This document shows positions 35,719 to 48,975 of a stretch of DNA of 64,000 nucleotides, piece by piece; positions within the stretch are counted from its first letter, which is position 1; each line of letters begins with the position of its first letter. The stretch lies in contig JAWMAR010000015.1 of the NCBI GenBank assembly GCA_036785375.1, positions 5,084,001 through 5,148,000 of the forward strand, in the 5' to 3' direction. Under the pieces are notes generated by a model. The model was not told the origin of the DNA. It did no database searches and saw only the letters and a program-made list of their open reading frames with translations. The position numbers were made by a program, and so were the translations under genes. The stretch comes from Leucoraja ocellata. Its lineage: Eukaryota.

Positions 35719-38040
35719 ATGTGCTAGTGCTACAGGGAGTGAACATTTAAACTGGTGGATGGATGCCAAGTTTGCCATGTACAGGTTTATAGGTTAATTG
35801 GCTTTGGTAAAATGATAAAAATTGTCCCTATTGTGTAGGATAGTGCTAGTATATGGGATGATTGCTGGTCGGCCCGGATTCAGTGGTCTGAAGGACTAAT
35901 TTCCACGCTGCATCTGTAAAGATTGTGCAGCTGCTGCTGGCAGTATATCATGCCCCATGGTGCACAGTTTTCAGTTGCCAGGTTTATTCTGAATCTATAG
36001 CGTTTAGGATGGTGGCAGTGCTATTGTTAGAGTTACAAGTGGATTTTGCACAAGGGCTACGGTAGTCTCTTCTCTGACCGCTGCTATAGATGGATGCTCC
36101 AGCCAGGTTAGTCAAGGTGAGGACAAGCTGGCTTATCCATCATGCTGCACCAATCTGGCAACAGTGTCCTCCAGGACTTGGCCAAGTCTGTCAGTGATGC
36201 TGGATGGCCTGGCTACTCTCGGTAATGGACAATGAAGTCCTCATATCCAAGTCCCAGGGTGGCAGAGAAGATATAACGGAGGCTTGATCTTTTCTTGCTC
36301 AGCATCTCCCAAGTTGATTGTGTTGCCTCTTTCTTCCTCGGGCCATACTTCACAGCCTTGACTAGTATTTAGTCAGCTCACTTGACCATGGAGATTTAAC
36401 ATGACAATTTGACCCAAGGTTAAAACCTCGTGCTACCGAGTTGTGCGGTGATAAGGCTGGCTGATTGCCCCCTTCCTTTTTACCAGTAGTTGACTCCCAG
36501 TTGCAGAGATGCATTGAACCTGTTTGGCCAAGAAGAGGTCCCCAACTTCCCCAACAAGAAAGGATCTCCACAGATGCTGCCTGACCTGCTGATAATGCAA
36601 AGCATTTCTGCCTTTATTTCAAGAGCTTAGCATCTTCAGTGTCTTGCTTCTGTGGCCTTTGAGAAACTTGGATAGCTTCAAAACTACTATTTGATTAGGA
36701 TGGTCCGTTTGGAATAGAGACCAGATACAGGATGCTACAAATGGCTGAGGTGATTGAGGTGAAAATCGGCACAAAATGCTGGTGTGATCTCCAGAGATGC
36801 TGCATAACCCGCTGAGTTACTTCAGCATTTTGTGTCTATCTTTGGTGTAAACCAACATCTGCAGTTCCCTCCTGCACATCATGCTACTAATGGGATTGTT
36901 AGAACCTTGCTGTGTCTTTTCTTCTCCTTCCCTCATCTCAGACCTCATTCAACATTAATGAGAAGGATGAAACACTGTGTGCCACAGGGAGCATCTGCAG
37001 ACCCATCTCAGGCAATTGGAGTTCAAGACACAGTGCTCATTGTAATTTTTCCCTCTCATCTCTGACCTTCAAAGGAGTTGTCCGTGAGGAGATGATAAAA
37101 ACATCAAATGCATAAGTAATGAGTTGGACAAAAAAAGAATCGGTGTTTAAAAGTTACATCTTTCTAGTGAAGTCTGGGAATATGTTTGATTTGATATGTG
37201 GATAATATCTCTGCTGGATTCCTTCAGCAATCAACTCAGCCAATTGACAACTTATGCCGAGGTTCTCTATCATGGGCTATTTTGTTACGTGTGCGCTTTT
37301 CTTTTTAACCCAGTGATTTCATGAGATAACATCTTCATGAGCAGCCAAGACCAAAAGGTTATTAGTTTCCCTTCTCCCTTTTCCACCTCTTCCTCTGTAG
37401 TTCTTGGTCTAGCTTGATAGTAGAACACATGTCTTGTTATAGGGTTCTTGTGCAACATGCAGGCCATTATAAACCTATCCTGTTGAGTACTAGTTTAGTT
37501 TAGTTTAGTTTAGTTTAGAGATACAGAGCAGAAACAGGCCCTTTGGTCCACCTAGTCCACACCGACTAGTGATCCACATACAGTAACACTATCCGACACA
37601 CACTAGGGACAATTTACAATTTTACCAAGCTAGTTAGCCTACAAACCTGTACGTCTCTGGAGTTGTGGGGTCATGGCAGACTTGTATTGGTAGGTTCTTC
37701 TTAGTGGTCACAACTGTGGATTAAAATTGAGTTTAATTACCACAGCAATCCTAAGGGAGAAGATAAGAAAATGAAGGGAGATGAAATTGATGGGAAAGAA
37801 TGATGAACATCTTCAAAAAGTTTCACAAATATGTTTGGATAAACGTTGGATGCAAAGGGAGAACTGTTGATTTATAGAAAACAATCAAAAATGGTGGATA
37901 AATAAATAATCTTAATAAATAATTCACATCAATCTTTATTAATATGAAGCATACTGGACAGAGAAAATGGTGAAATAAGTGAGAAGTGCGTAATGTTCTA
38001 ATGGGTAAAATAATCCATAATCCATTAGAATCCATAGAAG

Positions 38041-38348
38041 GGGCGGCATGGTGGCGCAGCGGTAGAGTTGCTGCCGTACAGCCCTTGCAGCACTGGAGAT
38101 CCGTGTTCGATCCCGACTACAGGTGCTGTTTGTACGGAGTTTGTACGTTCTCCCCGTGACCGTATGGGTTTTCTCCGAGATCTTCGGTTTCCTCCCATAC
38201 TCCAAAGACGTACAGGTTTGGCGGTTAATTGGCTTGGTAAATGTGAAAATTGTCCCTAGTGTTAATATGCGGGAATCACTGGTCGGCGGGGACCTGGTGG
38301 GCCGAAGGGCCTGTTTCTGCGCTGTATCTCTAAACTAAACTAAACTAA
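38041..38348 (+). mobile_element. HE1-type V-SINE, well preserved
   Basis: gggcggcatggtggcgcagcggtagag A-box, gttcgatccc B-box, V-domain, tail. Confidence 0.92.
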
Positions 38349-38394
38349 TTTGGCCTTGAATCTGTAATAGGGAATATTTTGGAATCTGATTGTA

Positions 38395-38760
38395 AGTTAC
38401 CAAATCGTGAAAGACCTGGATAGAGTGGATGTAGAGACGATGTTTCCACTAGTGGGAGAGTCTGAGACCAAAGGCCATGGCCTCAGAATTAAGGGATGAA
38501 CCTTTAGAAAGAAGATGCGGAGGAATTTCTTTGGTCTGAGGGCGGTGAATCTGTAGAATTCATTGCCACGGACAGCTGTGGAGACCAAATCATTGGGTAT
38601 TTTTAAGGTGCAGATTGACAGATTCTTCATTAGTAAGGGTGGCAAGGGAGGGAAGGCAGGAGAATAGTGTTGAGAGGGTAAGCCGTGATTGAATGGCAGA
38701 GTAGACTTGATGGGCCGAATGGCTTAATTCTGTTCCGATAACTTGTGTACTTATGAATTT
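38395..38760 (+). mobile_element. CR1 LINE 3' fragment
   Basis: gatgtttccactagtgggagagtctgagacc...gggccgaatggc CR1 ORF2 end and 3'UTR. Confidence 0.8.
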
Positions 38761-39204
38761 ATAAACTAATGAATAGATATAGTCACATGGCTTTCTACAC
38801 ATGAGTAAAAAATTCATTCCTGTCGTCAATAATAAATGCTGTCAAAGATCATCATATTTCTGATGAAAGGTCATCAAACTGTTTTTCTCACCACGGCTAT
38901 GCCCTGACTTGAGGAGTATTTCCAGCAATTTCAGTTTATATTTCACATTTCCAACATCCGCTGTTCATCAGAATTGCGGCTTTATCAGCTGCAACACATT
39001 GTACGTGTTTTCTGAAGCACTAAGTTTATTGAATAACAAACTTTCACAAATTGGTTGTGGTTTCCACATAACTTACACTGCTCTCCTTTGGCACCTTATT
39101 GCTGCATTGTCTGGGTTGCTGCCACCACACTAACAACACTTCGGCTTATTTCACTGATATTGCCAATTGTTCTCTGCTGATGGTTTTGAGTGAAAACTTA
39201 TGCC

Positions 39205-40938
39205 CTACTTCGAGCCTGCACCGTCATTCAATATGATCATGGCTGGTCATCCAACTCAGTATCCTGTACCTGCCTTCTCTCCATACCCCCTGACCCCTTT
39301 AGCCACAAGGGCCACATCTAACTCCCTCTTAGCCAATGAACTGGCCTCAACTACATTCTGTGGCAGAGAATTCCAGAGATTCACCACTATCTGTGTAAAA
39401 AATGTTTTCCTCACCTCAGTCCTAAAAGATTTCCCCTTTATCCTTGAACTGTGACCCCTTGTTCTGGACTTCCCCAACATCGGGAACAATCTTCCTGCAT
39501 CTAGCCTGTCCAACCCCTTAAGAATTTTGTAAGTTTCTATAAGATTCCCCTCAATCTTCTAAATTCTAGTGAGTACAAACCGAGTCTATCCAGTCTTTCT
39601 TCATATGAAAGTCCTGACATCCCAGGAATCAGTCTGGTGAACCTTCTCTGTACTCCCTCTATAGCAAGAATGTCTTTCCTCAGATTAGGAGACCAAAACT
39701 GTATGCAATATTCCAGGTGTGGTCTCACCAAGACCCTGTACAACTGCAGTAGAAACCTCCTTGTTCCTATACTCAAATCCTTTTGCTATGAATGCTAACA
39801 TACCATTTGCCTTCTTCACTGCCTGCTGCACCTGCATGCCTACTTTTAATGACTGGTGTACCATGACACCCAGGTCTCATTGCTTCTCCCTTTTTCCTAA
39901 TCGGCCACCATTCAGATATTAGTCTACTTTCCTGTTTTTGCCACCAAAGTGGAAACCTCACATTTATCCACATTATACTGCATCTGCCATGCATTTGCCC
40001 ACTCACCCAGCCTATCCAAGTCACCTTGCAGCCTCCTAGCATCTTCCTCACAGCTAACACTGCCCCCCAGCTTCGTGTCATCCGCAAACTTGGAGATGTT
40101 GCATTCAATTCCCTCGTCCAAATCATTAATATATATTGTAATTAGCTGGGGTCCCAGCACTGAGCCTTGTGGTACCTGGGTCTCCTCCATGGCCTCAGCG
40201 AGCAGCACCGGAAATTGGAGGAACAGCACCTCATATTCCGTTTGGGGAGTCTGCACCCCGGGGGCATGAACATCGAATTCTCCCAATTTTGTTAGTCCTT
40301 GCTGTCTCCTCCCCTTCCTCAGCCCCCCTGCTGTCTCCTCCCATCCCCCAGCCTTCGGGCTCCTCCTCCTTTTCCCTTTCTTGTCCCCACCCACCCCCGC
40401 CCCCGATCAGTCTGAAGAAGGGTTTCGGCCCGAAACGTTGCCTATTTCCTTCGCTCCATAGATGCTGCTGCACCCGCTGAGTTTCTCCAGCTTTTTTGTG
40501 TAACCTTGTGGTACCTCACTAGTCACTGCCTGCCATTCTGAAAAGGACCCATTTACTCCCACTCTTTGCTTCCTGTCTGCCAGCCAGTTCTCTATCCACA
40601 TCAATACTGAACCCCCAATACCGTGTGCTTTAAGTTTGTATCCTAATCTCTTATGTGGAACCTTGTCGAAGGCCTTCTGAAAGTCCAGATATAACACATC
40701 CACTGGTTCTCCCTTATCCATTCTACTAGTTACATCGTCGAAAAAGTCTATAAGATTCGTCAGACATGATTTATCTTTCTTAAATCCATGCTGACTTTTA
40801 CCAATGATTTCACCACTTTCCAAATGTGTTGCTATCCCATCTTTAATAACTGACTAGCAGTCTCCCCGCTACTGACGTTAGACTAACTGGTCTGTAATTC
40901 CCCGTTTGCTCTCTCCATCACTTTTTAAAAAGTGGGGC
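39205..40938 (-). mobile_element. CR1/HER1 LINE fragment (RT region to 3' end), interrupted by a PLE insert
   Basis: SQHGFKKDKSCLTNL, YLDFQKAFDKVPH, VPQGSVLGP, KFADDTKLGG, RPHLEYCIQFWSP. Confidence 0.95.
40178..40503 (+). mobile_element. 5'-truncated young Penelope-like insertion
   Basis: 13-bp TSD ccttgtggtacct (40165-40177, 40504-40516); near-identical to the reverse complement of ~57541-57868; hammerhead-like core at 40412-40439. Confidence 0.92.
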
Positions 40939-41383
40939 AACTCCAGCTTTTTGTGTCTATAATTAGATTAGGTGTGTGAATTTATTGTCATCTCAAAATC
41001 TACAAGGTTCAATGGTAAAGCAACAGTGTTTTAATACATCACGATCTCACATTATGATCAAAGTAAAAATGATCATCTTGGGTGGGACTCAAATGGAAGC
41101 AAGGTTGAAACTTGCGGTATTTGTATTTCTGTTAATGTTCCTTACTGCCACAGTAAATTCCAATAGTTTTATCCCTCTATAGTTGTATCGTTATATATTT
41201 GTGATTATGCAAACCTGCTTGGTGTGCATCCATAATGTGATAAGGATTCATTACTCAGATATCCTGCTGAGAACAGTGAAAATAATACCTGCTTTATTTT
41301 AACCTGAAATTGCTGGAGTATCTCAGCGGGACAGGCAGCATCTCTGGAGAGAAGGAATGGGTGACGTTTCGGGTCAAAACCTT

Positions 41384-41725
41384 ATAACCATATAACCATA
41401 TTACAGCACGGAAACAGGCCATCTCGACCCTTCTAGTCCGTGCCGAACACATAATCTCCCCTAGTCCCATATACCTGCGCTCAGACCATAACCCTCCATT
41501 CCCTTCCCATCCATATAACTATCCAATTTATTTTTAAATGATAAAAACGAACCTGCCTCCACCACCTTCACTGGAAGCTCATTCCACACAGCTACCACTC
41601 TCTGAGTAAAGAAGTTCCCCCTCATGTTACCCCTAAACTTCAGTCCCTTAATTCTCATGTCATGTCCCCTTGTTTGAATCTTCCCTACTCTCAGTGGGAA
41701 AAGCTTTTCCACGTCAACTCTGTAA
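41384..41725 (-). mobile_element. Young CR1 3' fragment inserted into a PLE-terminus element
   Basis: (ccatataa)n tail; splits the hammerhead-like motif (gggtcaaaacctt | aaccttcttcagac). Confidence 0.8.
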
Positions 41726-42869
41726 CCTTCTTCAGACCCTTCTTCTGAAGAAGACGTCACTCCAGCATTTTGTGTCTATCTTCGGTTTAAAACGGCATCT
41801 GCAGTTCCTTCCTACACCTGCTTTATCTAGTTGGTTGACCCCGTGCCACTGGGCATGCTCAGAGCCATACACAGTGGAGAGGAAAGAAACCCAGCCCTCT
41901 TACAAAGAGAATGCAATTATGTGGCATTATAAAAACACCACAGAGTCAATCCAATAAATCTGCACCCGCCATCGAGATGTCCATAACATCACACTGAAGA
42001 AGGGTCTCTACCAGAAACGTCACCCATTCCTTCTCTCCAGATATACTGCCTGTCCCGCTGAGTTACTCTGTTGGTTTAAACCAGCATCTGTAATTCCTTC
42101 CTACATCACTCCCAAAGTATGTTACTAAAAATTCCACACAAGGCTTTATAAAGTCTTACAGAATTTCCTTGCTTTTATGGAGTAAACTGCTATTTATAAA
42201 GCTAAGAATCCCAAATGCCTCTTTACTTGCTCTTTTCACCTCCCTTTCTTGTTTCAAAGATTTATGTACTCATTCACTGGACTCCATTTTCCCTGTGCAA
42301 CCTTTGGTATCACTTAGTCCTGACTAAAGGTATTACCTGGCCAAATAAATATTTCTTGTCTTTTTATTCCATTTATGTTGTGCTCTTTCTTCCTGTTTCT
42401 CCCAGACACCGTTCCCTCCTCTGCAATGAATTGCGTTTGCCCTGTATTACAAACATAAAAAATAAACATAAGATCACAAGAAGAAGAAGCAGGAGTCGGC
42501 CATCTGAGCCAACTCACCATTCATCACGATCATAGTTGGTCTCCTACATCTGTGCCATTTTCCTGCACTCACCCTACATCCCTATAGAAGGGCAGGTGTG
42601 GGGTAGATGGTGACATGCCTGCACCATTGTGGATGGAAGTTGACAACGGTGTATCTGTCCAGGAAGATGAAGCTTGGCCAGAAGAGAGAGCCGTTAGACA
42701 TGAGATCTTCCTGGGAGCAGATAAGCCAATAGTTTGATCGAAGCATGGCGATGTTGCGTACTAAGGAGAGACATTTTGGATTATGGACAGGTCTGGGTGA
42801 AACCAGGTGAGGTCACCAGGTGAGGCCAGGTGAGATAGAATGATAGTAAATAAAGATATGTTTAGATTT

Positions 42870-43230
42870 AATTTTGGTTTAGTTTTGTTATAGTTTTAGA
42901 GATGTAGCATGGAAACAAGTCCTTTGGCTCACCGAGTCCATGCCGACCATCGATCACACCATTTCATAAGATCATAAGATCATAAGTGACAGGAGCAGAA
43001 TGAGGCCATTTGGCCCATCAAGTTTACTCTGCCATTCAATCATGGCTGATCTATCTCTCCCTGCTAACCTCATTTTCCTGCCTTCTCCACATAACCAACG
43101 TAGTTCTTTGTTATCCCACTTTCTCATCCACTCCCTGCACACTCAGGGCAATTTACAAAGGCTAATTAACCTACAAACCCGCACATCTTTGGAATGTGTG
43201 AGAACACCAGAGCAACCAGAGGAAGCCCGA
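42870..43230 (-). mobile_element. HE1-type V-SINE 3' part with a CR1-tail insertion
   Basis: Tail and V-domain in reverse; (cataagat)n-tailed insert at ~42965-43097. Confidence 0.7.
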
Positions 43231-43237
43231 GATGAGA

Positions 43238-43630
43238 CTTCATTCTTACGTAAGTGTCTCTGTTGTCGAGGTGGGAGAGGCGGAATGAAGTGCCGTTGAG
43301 ATGGCATCCTCCGTACTCCTGTTCTTGCAGTGGGCAAACTGATAGGGATCCAATGTGGGGGGTAGGCAGCCTTTGAGGTGTGCCAGGACCAGCCTCTCGA
43401 AGCACTTGGTGATGATGGGAGTAAGTGCAACTGGCCAGAAGTCGTTGAGGCTTGCCGCAGTGGAGTGTTTTGGCACCAGCACGATGGAGGTGGTTTTAAG
43501 GCACGTGGGGACAACTGCTTGGGCAAGTGACAGGTTGAAGATGTCAGTCCGGACGTCTGTCAGCTGCGCAGCACAGGCCCTGAGGACGTGCCCGGGGATG
43601 CCGTCATGGGCCAGCAGCCTTAAGTGCATT
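43238..43630 (-). pseudogene. Rex1/Babar RT N-terminal fragment
   Basis: [69 protein letters not shown] across frames. Confidence 0.9.
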
Positions 43631-43877
43631 AATCCTACTCAGTGCCATGTCCTGTGGGATCTACCCCTGCAAACATCAAAATGCCTTAAGTCAATGTTCT
43701 TCGGTTTGTGACTGATGCAGCTCTGTACATGAAAAAAGCTGCTTGTGCTCTTAAAGTTTTATTCCCCAAAATGTTGCATTTGACATGCTTAGCTCACAGA
43801 CTCAATAGAATTGCCGAGCACATACGTAGCTTGTTTCCAAATGTCGATCGCCTAGTTCCCAATGTCAAGAAAATCTT

Positions 43878-43972
43878 AGGTAGACAAAAGTGCTGAAGAA
43901 ACTCAGCGGGTGCAGCAGCATCTATGGAGCGAAGGAAATAGGCAGCGTTTTGGGCCGAAACCCTTCTTCAGA
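43878..43972 (-). mobile_element. 95-bp PLE-terminus element
   Basis: 12-bp TSD caagaaaatctt (43866-43877, 43973-43984) within the hAT relic. Confidence 0.9.
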
Positions 43973-44499
43973 CAAGAAAATCTTCCTCAAAGCACCGTCA
44001 CGTGTGCAGTTGTTCAAGGAAATAGCACCTGATATTCCGCTGCCTCCTCAGCCTGTTTTGACTAGGTGGGGTACATGGCTCTCTGCAGTCCTTTACTATG
44101 CTGCAAATTTTGAAAAGATAAAACTGTTTTGAAGAAGAAGAATCTGCTGCAGTCAGGACCATCAATGAAATAATGCAGAAAAAGTCCCTCCAACGTGATC
44201 CTGTGATTATTGCTTCCAATTTTGCAAACTTCCCACGAGCTATTACTTCCCTTGAGAAACATTAGTGCAGTTTTTCAACAAAGTAACTGATGATATTCGT
44301 AAAGTCCCTGGCAATGTAGGTAAAGACACACAAGGAAAATGTGAGAGAGTAATTTTAGCTAACAAAGTTCTTGAAGAAATACAAAACATAGCTAAAGTTC
44401 TCAAAGGTTGTTGTTATGCACAAGATATCAACATGAATATAGAGTTTGGAGTATAGGGCAGAAAGGCGTTTTTCACATCTGAAGCAAATTCTGTCTGAC

Positions 44500-44782
44500 C
44501 ATATAACCATATAACCATATAACAATTACAGCACGGAAACAGGCCATCTCGGCCCTACAAGTCCGTGCTGAACAACTTTTTTTCCCCTTAGTCCCACCTG
44601 CCTGCACTCATACCATAACCCTCCATTCCCTTCTCATCCATATGCCTATCCAATTTATTTTTAAATGATACCAATGAACCTGCCTCCACCACTTCCACTG
44701 GAAGCTCATTCCATACCGCTACCACTCTCTGAGTAAAGAAGTTCCCACTCATATTACCCCTAAACTTCTGTCCCTTAATTCC
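44500..44782 (-). mobile_element. Young CR1 3' fragment
   Basis: ctgac duplicated at 44495-44499 and 44783-44787; (ccatataa)n tail. Confidence 0.85.
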
Positions 44783-44811
44783 CTGACGGACGGCATAGTT
44801 TAACACCAGAT

Positions 44812-45056
44812 GCCCTAGACATTTTATGGCTGTTTTTACTTGTATTTTAATGTTGCTGTTTTTACCAGCATTTTTTTAAACTACTCATACTGTTTTATCA
44901 GGAACTGGATTGTTTTTTTAATTGTTTTTTTATTTTATGCGAGAAATGTTTAAGTTTTATATGCGATGCTCCGGTATACCCTGGGAAACGTCTTCTCCTT
45001 TTGCATTGTATAACTGTTGCTTTGCAAGATGACAATAAAGGATGATGATGATGATG
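44812..45056 (+). mobile_element. LINE 3'UTR fragment with (GAT)n tail
   Basis: AATAAA then gatgatgatg; interrupts the hAT reading frame. Confidence 0.65.
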
Positions 45057-45606
45057 AGATAATTTGAAAAAAAATGCTAGTAATTATGTGCAACCAGGCA
45101 AGTTTGGTCATTTAATGCAGTGTACCTTTATAATTATCATTTTAAACCATATTTTGGTGCTGGAAATAAATGCATTTTTATGCCATTTTTGTCATTTTAT
45201 TCTGCCTTTTTACCTGCCTATTTCAGAGATTTTTAGCACCTGAACATCCTGGCTCTGGTCATGAGACATAATTCATAGTATTGACTGATTAGATGTCTGT
45301 CTATTCACCGCTGTGGATTGAAGAGCTTCCAGCGCGGGCAGCGCTGACTTTAACATCGCGGAGTCCTGGGGCCATTTGCCGACCGCCAGCGTGAATCCTG
45401 TGGACTTCAGGAGCCACGGACTCCGATCAAGCCTAATTGATCCAGAAAAGAGTTACAGTGGAAATGACTTGCAACTTCAAACAAGTCGGCAGGAGTATAA
45501 ATGATCCGGCATCAGTGGGAAGCTAATGGAGGTCAGGATGCAAAACAGGATGAAAGGAAAGCATATGATGGATATCTTTAAGAAGCAACCAAATCTGAGA
45601 TGTTTA

Positions 45607-46107
45607 AGGGGCTGTCCCACTTGGGCGACCTATTTGGTGAGTTTAGAAGAGTTTGAAAAAATGACATGTTGAAGACCTCCTTTGGCTATGTTGAAGACCA
45701 GCTTCAACTAGCTACGACTAACTTCAGGAACATTGGACATCGAATAGTGCAGAGTGAAGATGATCTCCTTCGACCTCCCTTTGACTTCCCTTCGACTATG
45801 ATGAAGACTATCTACAACTACCTTTGACTACCCTCGATTACCTACGACTAACATGCCGACCTACTACGACCTACTACGACTAAACCTACGAGTAAAATAG
45901 TATTGATTTTTTCCATGGGGACATTTTTTTACTCATGGGCATTTTTTAACATATTGAAAAAAACGCCGCCACCTAGCTGGGGCCTCGATTACACGGAGAC
46001 CACTCTCGAGCATGAAGGAGAGTTACGAAGACCTCCTACGACCTCGTGTCGACCATGCTGCAAGTATGAGTCGAGGGCAAACTCACCAGAACTTACGGAT
46101 TAGGGCG
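45607..46107. mobile_element. Harbinger-type non-autonomous element, right end eroded
   Basis: TTA followed by AGGGGCTGTCCCACTTGGGCGACC terminus; interior of short (tacgac)-like repeats. Confidence 0.7.
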
Positions 46108-47394
46108 TAATGGTAAGTAGCATTTAAAGCTGCAATCTGATGCAAATAGTTCACTAATTGCATGATTTTGATAGCTTGTTAGGTTTAATACGTTTCTTTT
46201 AAGGGCAAGCTGCAGGGTATTGGTAACCCATGAGATCACTATAAGAACTGAGTGGTGTGACTTTGGATTTAAAACATCAATAAGAAGGCATGTTAAAGCT
46301 AAGATCAAGGGGTTTTTAGTGGAGAGTTTTATATGCACAGATAGTGATTGAAATCATTAATATTCTGCCAAAGAAGGTGGTGGAATCAGAAATAATTCTA
46401 TATTTAAGAGTCATTTAGACAGATATATAAACAGGCAAGGCATAGAGGGATGTGGACCAAATGTGTACAAGATGCTTCAGTTCATTGTTACTACCATCAA
46501 TGAAGGACATTCAGTTAACAGTTCCATCTCTGCCTTTTCAAGCAGCAACACTAAAGCTACAACCTCTGCATTTCCTGATATTACATACAGGAGCTAATTG
46601 ATTGATATGACTGCACTGTGGGGACGTATTCTGTAGATTTGTCTTCAAAACTGGATGGCAGTAATCAGTCCCTCTCAACTGTATAATGTTGTGTCATTAA
46701 TAACTGACATTTGTGTGTTCACACATATATTCCACACCAGCAAGAGATCCTTCTCTTGTTCATCTCCCATCCTCTACTGCAGCTGTCCTTGCTATTCCTA
46801 CTCATGTTTGATGTGTCCTAACTTGTGCCATTGAATCATTGAATCACAGAGGTCATGAACTAATTATCTTCTAAATTCACTTCCTAGCTCTAGAACCCGG
46901 AGTTTGCATTCATCAAGGATAATAATAATAATAATAATATTTATTTATATAGCACTTTTCAACAAAACCAGTATTTGAACCAAAGTGCTTTACAGAGATT
47001 GATTAAATTAATTGAACAGATCAATGTAATAAATCCATACAAATCAAAAAAAGAGAAAAAAAAAGATCCTTTTTATGTGGAATGAAAGTTCCTGCCTTTG
47101 TCACCCTTTCAAACAATGAATGCCAGGACTTTCCCATTCATAGGTTGAAGCCATTTTTCTGCAACTGCAGTCTCCTCAGCAAAATTAAAATGGTCCTATC
47201 TCTTCACCCTATCCACCTCCGTTATATATTCCTCTCGTTGTGTCAGTTAAAATGACCACAGCCTAATCAAGTTTCTGCATAACAAAACTCTTCTATCCCT
47301 GTCAATCAGGACATCCTATCAATGTCCTCCAAACCCTCTCTAACTCCATTACATTCTTGTCATTTTTTTAAATTTAGAAAAAGTTAGCAATTAG

Positions 47395-47690
47395 GTTTAG
47401 TTTTAGAGATACAGCATGGAAAAAGCCCCCCACGGCCACTGAGTCCATGCCAACCAACAATCACCCATACTCTAGTTCTATATTAGACACTAGGGACGGT
47501 TTGCAGAAGCCAATTAATCTACAACCCTGCACGTCTTTGGAATGTGGGTGGAAACCAGAGCACCCAGAGAAAATGCACATAGTCACAGGGAGAACGTACA
47601 AACTCCATACCGACAGCACTCGTAGTCAGGTTCGAACCTGGATCTCTGGTGCCGTAAGGCAGCAATTCTACTGCAACACCAATGTGCCAC
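47395..47690 (-). mobile_element. HE1-type V-SINE
   Basis: Reverse-complement head, V-domain and tail. Confidence 0.85.
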
Positions 47691-48975
47691 TCTAAATTAC
47701 AGTTGTTTAAAAGGCTGTAGTTCCTGGTGAAACAAGAATATTCATTAAAACAGAACACTGATGTTGATGTGAATATTTGCATTGGTGTTTGGAGGGCAGT
47801 CATCATTCTGCTTACAGTGTTAAGGAGAAAACAGCTTGTGTTGCTCAATAGTTGTGTGTTGTTGCTGGTTGTGATGTTGTTTATATGCCTCAATTACAAA
47901 TGCTGTCCTCCAATTTTGCCGAGTGATTTCTTATTGAAAGCTTTGTAATGTTCAAAGCTAATTGAATGTGGGAAAAATACCTTGCCTTAGAGAAAGAGTT
48001 GGGTGCTTGTTGGTCAACGTGAACTCAGTGGACTGATGGGCTGGTATCTTTGCTGTATCTCATTATAATTCCATGATTAATTTCAGGAGAGCAAATGGGG
48101 AACTGTGACCCTAGGAGCTTTGTATGACAAGGAATTCTGCCCTGATCAGTGACGTTTCGGCGTGAAATGTGATTTACCCATTGGGAAGGTAACCTTCAAA
48201 TAAGTCTGAAAGATGCTTTTGCATTGATACACTTGGACAATAGACTAACACTGGCTTCAGAGTAGATTTGATGGAAACACAATGTCATCCTGGTATTCTA
48301 GTGTGGGAAGTGCATCAAGTAATATTGTATTGGTCAGAAATATATCCCCATCTGGAAAAGGTTCTGTGTTGCTGGAAGTCTGTTTCCTGTAAACGTTTAT
48401 TGTGTGAACTCTGTGATAGCCCTGCAAGTGGAATTAAATCTTTAGATGGTTTAAGACTATTACATTCTGAGGTTCAGATATTTGTGGCGGCCTGACACGT
48501 AATAATGCGGCCATGGCAAGCAATTAATAAGGGAAAAGGAACATTGGCCTTTATTGCAATGGGTGATTGAGCACAAGACCTGGAAATTCTAACACTCAGT
48601 GTACAGTGCTTCAGTAGCAACGAACCTGGAAATATTCCATGCTCATAGAGTCATGCAACATGGTAACAAACCCTTCAGCCCACCGGACTTGCTGAATTCC
48701 TCCAGCAGTTTGCTTTCTGTCCTAAATTCCATCAACGGCAGTCTCTTGTGTCCAGCATTTGGTGAATTGGTGGAAGCTCAGAATGTCTAAGAACTGGCTG
48801 CAGTTAATAAGGAAGGTCAGACCAGGCAGAAAGATTTGAATGCAAGGCAGAGAATTATACTTTTGACGTTTTGCTACACTGGGCAAACATTCTGTGAGCA
48901 GGGTTTAGCGCAAACACAAAGCAAGCACATTACCCTGAAAATTACATCAGAAGTGAACTTCTGGTAGGTGGGAAG

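Larger units (their letters stand above)
43690..45257 (+). pseudogene. hAT-superfamily transposase relic (CGGBP1/hAT19-like), interrupted by three insertions
   Basis: [15 protein letters not shown] (CxxH)..TRWGTWL..ERRFSHLKQILSD|GRHSLTPD|NLKK MLVIMCN; putative terminus ending ~45257. Confidence 0.85.

Noticed and set aside
38041-38120. tRNA-like sequences with A and B boxes
   Set aside because: They are SINE heads continuing into the V-domain; no complete cloverleaf, so not called as tRNA genes
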